The position numbers and the translations under genes are program-made. A stretch of 63,683 bases of DNA, filler included, from Chrysochromulina tobinii (Eukaryota): assembly GCA_001275005.1 (NCBI GenBank). It is 5 parts of 5 records of this genome, joined end to end, with 100 filler letters (N's around TTAATTAATTAA, not from the genome) between each part and the next. Parts side by side here need not be neighbours in the genome. Positions count along the whole stretch, not along the records: positions 48,199 to 61,149 come from JWZX01001021.1; positions 61,250 to 63,683 come from JWZX01001037.1; 3 more parts are not named here. The stretch is one strand, 5' to 3'. Positions within the stretch are counted from its first letter, which is position 1. Each line of letters starts with the position of its first letter. The notes under the pieces were generated by a model. It had not been told where the DNA came from, ran no database searches, and worked only from the letters and a program-made list of their open reading frames with translations. Positions 55,313-63,683 of this stretch are shown piece after piece.

Positions 55313-57014
55313 ATGAACTGGCTTTTTGCCCCACCAAGCCTCCTCGAACCCAACACGTACAAACGGCCCGATGCCGAGGTCCTCCCGCTGATCACGCCAG
55401 CAAAGGCCAGAAAGAAGGATCAGGTGCGCCGCATATTGCACCAGCGCTGCTGCGCACGGCACGCCGGCCACGGTGCCCTCTCGCGCCGCAATTCGTGGTC
55501 CGCCGCCTGTTTGCCACCCCGCTTGCCGGTGGCCGCACGCCCCCTCCGCGACAGGCAGGGCGGTGGACTCCTCCCCTCTGTGGCGGAAGACCGCCGACGC
55601 TCCGATTGCTCGCCGCGTGCGACGCGCGCCGCGTGCGTGGCGCGGGAGCGCGCACCCCAGTGGCGAGGCGTCGTGGAGGCGAGTACGCTCACAGGGGGGC
55701 GGAAGAGGCGGTGACGGGGATGGGCGGGCGACGCGTGGCTCCGACCCGCAGCGCACGGTACCGCCGAAGCTCCGACTGCAGCCGCGACGTGCGCCGCCGA
55801 GGGCGCGGGGGAGCGCACAGCCCGGCGGCGAAGCGGTCAATAACGCCTCTCCCCCACCCGCTTGCCCATCTCATCGTCCAGTCGCCCCTTGCCGTGTGCC
55901 ACGTACAGGACGGGTGGACGCCCCTCGACATCGCCGCTAAGTACAGCGTATCGGTGGCAGTGGTGAAGGCGCTGCTCGCGGCGTACCCGGAGGCCGTCAA
56001 GGCGAAGAAAAAGGTCCGCCGCCCCGGCCCTGCGTGCCGCGCGCATACAACATCTCCCACACCCGCCGTCCACCTCGTCGCTCAGCCACCCCTCTGCTTG
56101 CCATGTGCCACGTACAGGGGACCAAGCGCATGACACTCCACATCGCCGCTAAGTTCAGCGTATCGGTGTCAGTGGTGAAGGCGCTGCTCGCGGCGTACCC
56201 GGAGGCCGTCAATGCGAAGGACAAAGTACGCCGCCAGCGCCATCCTCGGCGACGCGATGGCAGCGCGCGCGCCCATTCGGCAGCGCCATCGTCGTGCGCA
56301 ACTCTCGCCCGCCGTCCGCTTCGCCGCTGAAGACCCGCTCTCGCTCCGCCGCCGTCGCTCTCCGCGTGCCCGCGCCGCAGGACGGCGACACGCCCGCCAA
56401 CAGGGCCGTCAAGTACAATAAGAACGCCGCGGTTAAGGCCTTCTTTGCGAGCGGCAAGGTGCGCCCGCTTCGCGTGCGTATCGAGTGCGGTGGGGGCAGA
56501 TGTGTGGCCACTGCGCGCGCCTCGAGGGCACTCAGAGGGCACCAGGACCCAAGACTTCCACGATGGAAACATGCGTCCTGAGCGGTGCGTATGCGTGTGA
56601 TCACATGTGTGCGCAGCACTTGGAGGCGGCAAAGGCGGAGCAAGACGCTCAGCTTGCTGCAGCTACCGCTGTGAGCCTCGACATCTCCGGCCCTGTCACT
56701 CCACCTCCCCCGCCACCATGCCCTGGCATTCCATCTCCCCCGCCCCCAGCGCTCGCTGAGAGAGCCGCAGCAGCAGCATTAGCGGAGGCGCCAGAGGAGC
56801 TGCGGCGCCGAGCAAAGGCGCTGGGGTTCCTTCAGATGCTCACGTCTCTCAACGTTGCCGAGGACGCAACGCTGAAGATGGCAGTCATGTGGTGCGACGA
56901 GAAGGGCGCGACGAGCGTGACCGACATCGTCGAGTGGGACCTGGTCGACGACTTTGTTCGCCATCTCGGCCTGAAGCTGATCCCCGACAAGAAGCTGCGT
57001 AGCATGTTGCAGGC

Positions 57015-57057
<43 letters not shown>

Positions 57058-57092
57058 TGCGACGACAGCGATGAAAGCGATGACAGCGACGA

Positions 57093-57168
<76 letters not shown>

Positions 57169-58152
57169 AGCGACAGCAGCGACAGCAGCGACAGCAGCGA
57201 CAGCAGCGACAGCAGCGACAGGAAAAAGGCGGCGATTCTCGAGCAGGTGCTGGCCGGCCAGCAGCAGGTGCTGGCTGGCCAGCAGCGGATCGAGGCTGGC
57301 CAGAAGCGGATGGAGGCCGGCCAGAAGGAGACCATGGGCCTACTGGCGCAGATCCGACTCACTCAAGACAAGGCGATCGAGATGCTGTCTGCACAGTCGA
57401 CGATGCTGACCACGCTGCTCCTCGGAACCCAACCGGCGCCTAAGCTCGTCCTCTTCCTGCCTGTTGCTGAAGAGACCCGCAAGGGGAAGGTGACCTCATG
57501 GTTCAAGAAGGCACTGAGCCCCAAGGCCTGGCTCAACCATCGCGTGCGCTTATTCTTTGTCGATCCGTACACTTATACCGTGGCCAAGACGCGCCCAAAT
57601 AGCAAGGGCGATGGTGAGGGCTTTGAGCTCATGTTTCCCAAGGAATGGGTCGTCAAGGCGATGCCGTACATCAAGCTCGGGCTGACGGCGCTCAAGGTAG
57701 CTGCGGCCGCGGGCAAGCTTACGGGCTTCCCGATACCCGCCCTCGGATCCAAGATGGCAGGCAAATGGATCGACTCGCAGCTGAGCGCGCTGGGCAGGTT
57801 AAAGGAGGAGGCGATCATCCAGATGTGTGCCATGACGGAGGATGAGGCCACGGCGAAGGAGCTGCTGGGCGCCGTGGACGTCAAGTGCCAGGAGCTGCTC
57901 GGCGAAAAGGCCCAGGAGCTGAAGTCAGAGCTGAAGCTGGTCGATGGCGAGCCGCTCAAGAAGAAGCTCATGGACTGTCTCGAGATATCGGCCAGGGAGC
58001 TCGACGCGTTGCTCTTAAAGGAGTATCCCGACTGGAAGGGGCAGTGCGGCCTTAAGCTTGCCGTCCACAAGCCATCTGGTGCGTGCGATTGGGTGCTGCC
58101 GGAGTACCAGAACACCTTTGAGGTGAATGGCACAGGCACGGTTATCAGCTAG
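55313..58152 (+). CDS. Ankyrin-repeat protein with a SAM-like helical domain, Ser/Asp repeat, coiled coil and ROCO/TORNADO1-like C-terminal domain; 5 exons, ~645 aa
   Basis: Phase-0 exons 55313-55423, 55909-56013, 56118-56225, 56381-56458, 56617-58152. DGWTPLDIAAKY..VVKALLAAYPEAV repeats. C-terminal PKLVLFLP..VRLFFVDP..GFEL..PKEWVVKAMPYIKLGLTALK..GL..WV. Confidence 0.78.
57017..57219 (+). repeat. Coding 9-bp repeat (GACAGCGAC/GGC/AGC; DSD/DSG/DSS)
   Basis: Direct reading, about 22 units. Confidence 0.93.
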
Positions 58153-59019
58153 CCGGCTATCACTGGGCTTGTGCGCATCGACCAAAGGCACTTGAGCAGC
58201 TGAAGTCCGCCGACCAAGCAGCCCCTGTCGGCAATTACTGGAACGGCGGGTACAGCGGCTGGTTCGACGGCCAGCATGTTGTAGAGGAGTCGCGCGGGCG
58301 TGGGAGCAGCGCGCGCCTGAGCACCACTTGGGCCCACCGATGCGGCAGGGCGGATGATCAGGGGACACTGCCACATCGGTGGGGGCAAGAACGCGGCCGG
58401 GATGGCATGCGGGCTTACATGCGGGCTGGGTGCACCAAAAAGGAATTAATCGAGTCGGTGCCGGGTTGTTGTGATCTCTCGTAGATCTCTCGCTGCCCGC
58501 TGCAGCGTGCGCAGGCCGTGCAGCTGCAGCGTGCAGGGACCGGACCAAAGGAATCAGGGTGTGGAGCGGCGCTCTGTGCGGCGACTGCACGGCACGGCAG
58601 GCTCGTAGCAGGCTGGTCCGGTCAACTTGCACGTCGGCAGGCGGGTGTCTGGTCGCAGGTCGGTCGAGGGTACGGGTCGGCGGTACGGATGTACGGTACA
58701 GCTTTCTGTACTTGAGTGTCGCCAGGCCGACGGTAGGCTGCAGTTCTGGGACCTGTGTGTGCGCGTGACCGCGTGTGTGGTGCAGGTAGGGGGGGGTCAT
58801 GTTATGAAATGCCGAGAACCACAAGAACCGACCAGGCATTCTCGCTGAAACGGCCGTCTTTTCGGCCTAGGAGTCAGTATCTCGCCGCAGGGGCCTGCCT
58901 GCCTGCCGATCAGGCACCAGAGGACCAGCGCCGGCCGCTCGTGTCCCGCCCGCGTTTCCCCCGCGTAGCATGTCGACGGTTTTTTGTGAACGAAGTCCCA
59001 CCCGCCATCCCCTGTCACC

Positions 59020-59610
59020 GGTCGCACTGGTTTGGGGTCCCAGGTCCCAGGCCTGATCAGCCCCTACAGTAGAGGCAGGGACCCTAAATGGGACCCCCAA
59101 CCAGTGCGACCCAGCTGATCAGGCCTGATCAGCCCCTACAGAGGCTCGTGGGGCCCTATGGGACCCCCAACATGTGCGACCCTGATCAGGCCTGATCAGC
59201 CCCTACAGAGGCAGGGACCCTAAATGGGACCCCCAACCAGTGCGACCCTGATCAGGCCTGATCAGCCCCTACAGAGGCTCGTGGGGCCCTATGGGACCCC
59301 CAACCAGTGCGACCCTGATCAGGCCTGATCAGCCCCTACAGAGGCTGGGGCCCTATGGGACCCCCAACCAGTGCAACCCTGATCGGGCCTGATCAGCCCC
59401 TACAGAGGCTGGGGCCCTATGGGACCCCCAACCAGTGCGACCCTGATCAGGCCTGATCAGCCCCTACTGAGGCTGGGGCCCTTTGGGACCCCCAACCAGT
59501 GGCAGTGCGACCCTGATCAGGCCTGATCACAGATCAGCCCCTCCAGAGGCTGGGACCCTCCATCCCCTGGCCCGAAGCCCGCGACCCTGATCAGGCCTGA
59601 TCAGCCCCTC
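59020..59610. repeat. Tandem array of 9 palindrome-containing units (64-74 bp) with an inverted lead-in
   Basis: CCTGATCA anchor at 59052, 59124, 59191, 59257, 59324, 59388, 59452, 59522 and 59596. Perfect 18-bp palindrome CTGATCAGGCCTGATCAG. Confidence 0.93.
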
Positions 59611-59761
59611 CTGACCGGCCTCTCCTATCAAAATCGGGTAGTTTTTCACCTCATGCGCCGGGCACCTTGAAAATCCGCTCTTTAGACCTTTCGACCCTGA
59701 TCAGGCGGGTCACCGACCCTGAAAGGGTTTCGGCACCGATTTCCCGCATCCTCTCACAAGC

Positions 59762-59852
59762 GAGATCTCGACTCAGGAAGTCTCTCACCCAGCACGCCAC
59801 AGCAGCCGCGCGCCAGCGCAGCGGCGAGCACGGGACGCAACACAGGAACTTG
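59762..59852 (+). repeat. Dispersed ~90-bp repeat, copy 2
   Basis: Similar to 54751-54840, same orientation. Confidence 0.7.
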
Positions 59853-60356
59853 CAATTCGTAGCTCCACAGCAACGAATACGGCTCAATAACAGTTAACAC
59901 GCACGCGCGCGACGGGGCGGACCAGGACCGCCGCGCGCCTGGCCGCGGCGGCCGGTGCGCGGCCGCTGATCGCGGCCGCTCGCCGGCGGCGCTTCCCGTT
60001 CTCGGGTCTCTCCGCGGGCACCGGACAGGCACCTGGCGTGCTACTGGCGTGCGCGCACACGCGGGCGACTGGCACACTCGAGGTACAAGCATTGGCCGTA
60101 GCATGGCCGCCAAACGCCGAAGCGATGGACGCCGCAATACAAGAGGACCCACACGAGGCACCGAGTACGATACGGTGTGCGCGTGCCAAAACGCCCCTCT
60201 GCCCATCTCATCTGCCGCCGCGGCTGCCGCCGCCGTCATATGCGCACGAACCGAGCGCCGTGACGAGCGCCGCTGCCAGACCATCCGCCGCCGCCGTTCA
60301 CGCCCTCTGCTGCCACCACGCCACCAAAGGGTCACCGAGAGCTCACCGGCGTGTCG

Positions 60357-61149
60357 TCACGAGGACGATTGCTTCTCCTCGAGGCGCGCGACGAGGCTGT
60401 GCAGCTTCGAGCCGAGGTCGACGAGCTGCTTGCTGTCGAGGGTGGCAAAGTCGTCGAGGGCGGGCAGCTCGGAGCGCAGCCACAGAGGATGATGATCCTC
60501 GGTGTGCGCGGCGCGGTCGAGTCGCAGCCCAAAGTCGTGGCCCTCGATGGCGAATGAGAACTCGAGGAGCTGCTGAAGCGCCGTATCCACACGGCGCGCC
60601 CCATCGGGAGGCAGAGAGAGCGCGCCGCCGCCCTCGGCGATCCGGGACAGGAGCTCCGCCTGTAGCAAGCGCACCGGCTCGCTCATGTAATCCTTGTCTT
60701 TGCTCGAGCTCGAGGCGCTCGAGGCGCCGCCACCCTGCGCCTGCGCCGCCTTCTTGCGAAGGTGTGGGATTTCGGCCGCCATGCGCAGCGCGCGCATCGA
60801 GGACGCCGCGGCGACCTTAGAGCAAGCGCTCGCGAGCAGATTCTGGTCGATGGTGGCCGCGAGGGAGACAGCGTCCTCACGCAGAAGCTTAGCCGCCGCA
60901 GACCACTGCTCGCTCGCGCTCGGGTGGCTTGCATGCAACTGACGCTCGAGCACACGGGCCGATTGCATCAGCCGCACGGCGCCATCGATGAGGAGCCTCA
61001 GCCCCACCAGCCCACCGTCTCGCCGCGCCGTCGTCACCATGGTACTCACCTCCCCAATCACCTTGATAATCATAGGATTCATCGGCGGCGCCGCCGGTGC
61101 CGGCACTGGAGCCGGCGCGGGCGGCGCGGGCGGCGCGGGCGGTGCGGGC
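60357..61149 (-). CDS. 3' part of a hypothetical helical protein; 5' truncated by contig end
   Basis: Open frame from the gap to a stop at 60357. Pro/Ala linker followed by amphipathic helices. Codon usage resembles neighbouring genes. Confidence 0.55.
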
Positions 61150-61249
61150 NNNNNNNNNNNNNNNNNNNNNNNNNNNNNNNNNNNNNNNNNNNNTTAATTA
61201 ATTAANNNNNNNNNNNNNNNNNNNNNNNNNNNNNNNNNNNNNNNNNNNN
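61150..61249. other. Artificial contig linker
   Basis: N44-TTAATTAATTAA-N44. Confidence 0.98.
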
Positions 61250-63683
61250 GATCACGTCCCAACGGGGCAACGACCTCCCATACATCAACGACGACATCTT
61301 CAACGACGGCAACTTCACCGCACGCCTCAACGTCTACCTCCGCACTCAGTACCACGCCGCCAAAACCAACCCGCACGTGAGCTGGCACGAAGCATGGGAG
61401 GACATCAAAAGGAACGTCAAACGAATGTGCCTCGAAGAAACACGCCGCCAGCGCTTCCAACTCAGCTCCGAGCTCCGAGTCAAGAAAATCCAACTCGGAC
61501 TCCTACGAGCCAAGGGCACCAGAGGCGAGCAGACCGACACCGTAGCGGCGGACGCACTTGAAAAAGAGATCAAGGACGCAACGAGGAAAGCAGTCACCCT
61601 CCACGACACGCTCGAACCTCGAAGGTGAAGCGTACAACAACGGCAAAAACCACGACGTAGGCTCCAGAGAATTCTTCCGACAATGGAACCCCTCGCGCCC
61701 CGCGCAAGCTCCGCCCAAAATGAAGGAAGCCGACTGGTCCGACCCGTCCAACCCATCCTTCACAGGAACCTCGGCAACCACTCCCAAAGGCATCCTCGAC
61801 GCCTTCACAAAGTACTACTCCAGCCTCTTTGCAGACAAGAACACCGATATCAACGGCCAAGCCGCCCAAGCCTGCCTCAACACGCTCAGCAGGCCAGATC
61901 CCAATGGCAAGGTCCGACGTGTCTTACCACCCACGGCCAAGCTGCTGGACGAACCAATCACAGCCGAGGAAATCGTCGGAATCATCAACGCGCTCCCAAC
62001 AGGCAAGAGCCCCGGTCCCGACCGCCTTCCCTATAGATTCTATAAAACGTACTCGGAAGTAATCTCTAATATACTTGAAAGAACATTCGAGGAGAGCGCT
62101 CGCACAGGCAAACTCCCCGACACGTGCCTCGAAGGAATCATCTCCGTCCTCCACAAAAAAAGCGACAGAGACGATCCTCGCAACTACAGACCAATCACGC
62201 TACTCAACAGCGACTATAAGATCTTCTCCAGACTCCTCACGCAACGCATGAACAAGGCCGTCCTCCAATTCGTCAGCCCCCAACAAACAGGCTTCGTACC
62301 GCACTCTTTCATCGCAGAGAACCTGATGCTCCTCAAGCTACTCCAAGCCAAAGTAGACGACTGCGACGAGGACGCAATCTACCTCTTCCTCGACATGGAA
62401 AAGGCGTTCGACCGATGCTCCTGGTCCTACCTCCGCGAAAGCCTCGTCCGCCTCGGCTTCGGCCCTGAATTCATAAAATACATCCAACTTTTCTACAACG
62501 AAGCTAATCCCCCCAAACGGCAGATCACCGTCAACGGTCACCTCGGCGTCCCATTCGCCCTCCAATCCGGAGTCGCCCAAGGCTGCCCTCTTAGCCCCCT
62601 CCTATTCCTATGCATCACCGAAGCCCTCACGCGACTCATCCAACAAGACGACACGATCAAAGGAATCGAAGCGGGAGGTATCCAGCACAAGATCTCCCAG
62701 TTTGCCGACGACACGACACTCATCGCCAAACCGACCGACCTCCCGCGCATGCAAAAACACTTAGACACCTGGTGTGAAGCGACCGGTATGAAAGAAAATA
62801 AAAACAAACGCGAAGGGCTCCTACTCGGTAGACTCAACCGTTTCAAAGATCAAGCCCCCCAAAACATCGTCCCCGTCTGGACGCCCGACGGCACCTCGAT
62901 CCGAGCACTCGGCGTACCCATGGGGAACAAGCTCGATGAAGAAGAATGGTGGTTCAAACGCTATCGCATCGTCAAAGCCCGGATCGCCGCATGGAAGTCC
63001 TTATCCCACCTCTCCATCACGGGACGCAGCCTCTTGCTCCAAGCCATCCTCTACGGTTCGCTACGGTACTGGCTGTTCGCAATGCGCATGCCCGAAAGCC
63101 TCCACGTCGCGCTCGATAAGGACTCGTACAACCTCCTCTGGGCCCAACAGCCCGAGATCTTATCAGACGAAGACGGCACGACGGCGAAATCACGCGCGTA
63201 CATCCACAGACGAGCGTCGTTCCTCCCGCAAAAGCAAGGAGGCGGAGGCGTCATGCACTTCCGCTCCCACGCCCAAGCGTACTACGCCCAATGGATCCGC
63301 CGCTACCTAGAACCCGGCGACCAACCCTGGAAGAATGTCGCCGACCGATGGCTCGCCACCTCCATCCACGGAAGAGGAGCGCTCCTAATCAACAACCCCC
63401 CACCGACTCCCACCCTGCCGCCACACGCCACTTACCTCCGCCAATGCCTCATCTCCTTTTCACTACTCAACATGAGACAAAACACGAACGTGCTAACACA
63501 CCGTTCAGAGCGAGCCCATCTTCAACAACTGGCGCTTCACCATCGACATCCCACCCGAAACCAAGAAACGATGGATCAAGCACGTCGAGCTCCTAAGAGT
63601 CCACAACGCAATCAACGCCACTCCGCCCCGCATCTTCACCGACGCCGAGATGGAGGTCTACACGCTCACACACGCCCCCCTCA
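61250..63683 (+). mobile_element. Non-LTR retrotransposon (L1/Tx1-like) ORF2 reverse transcriptase region; partial, with apparent frameshifts near 61617 and 63497
   Basis: KSPGPD, NYRPITLLNSDYKIFSR, QQTGFV, LDMEKAFDR, GVAQGCPLSPLLF (~62570-62610), QFADDTT (62698-62718), PQKQGGGG. C/A-rich coding strand unlike the host genes. Confidence 0.93.

Noticed and set aside
59020..59610. CRISPR array (palindromic repeats at ~66-bp period)
   Set aside because: The intervening sequences are near-identical rather than unique spacers. No cas genes are present and the context is eukaryotic.

Overview
High-GC, intron-rich eukaryotic sequence. Gene style, GC-AG introns and gene content suggest a haptophyte alga (inference). 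The window is five contigs joined by artificial 100-nt N/TTAATTAATTAA linkers: 1-18940, 19041-43013, 43114-48098, 48199-61149 and 61250-63683. Contig 1 holds a giant (>5,500 aa) DUF3638/DUF3645 SF2-ATPase-like protein with nucleoredoxin-like domains. Contig 2 holds an IQ-motif protein, a Ski2-like RNA helicase, a cytochrome b5/TPR protein, a 2OG-Fe(II) dioxygenase, a 13-exon FN3/coiled-coil protein, a guanylate-kinase-domain protein and a secreted Cys-rich protein. Contig 3 is a 145/169-bp satellite. Contig 4 holds an LRR fragment, a GDP-sugar transporter, a GPCR-PIP kinase fusion, a modular ankyrin gene and a palindromic 64-74 bp array. Contig 5 is an L1/Tx1-type LINE. The most striking signal is in the introns. 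Many carry a 17-41 nt copy of the adjacent exon that supplies one splice site. A shared cassette (TGCATGCAAGTGCTCACCACGGCG..CCCCACAG) or a TGAT-rich filler supplies the other site. The cassette core gives an acceptor in one orientation and a GTGAGC donor in the other. Some introns are stacks of GT..AG modules joined at CAG|GT points. This looks like a recent intron-generating system. Exon structures were read by hand and have no transcript support.
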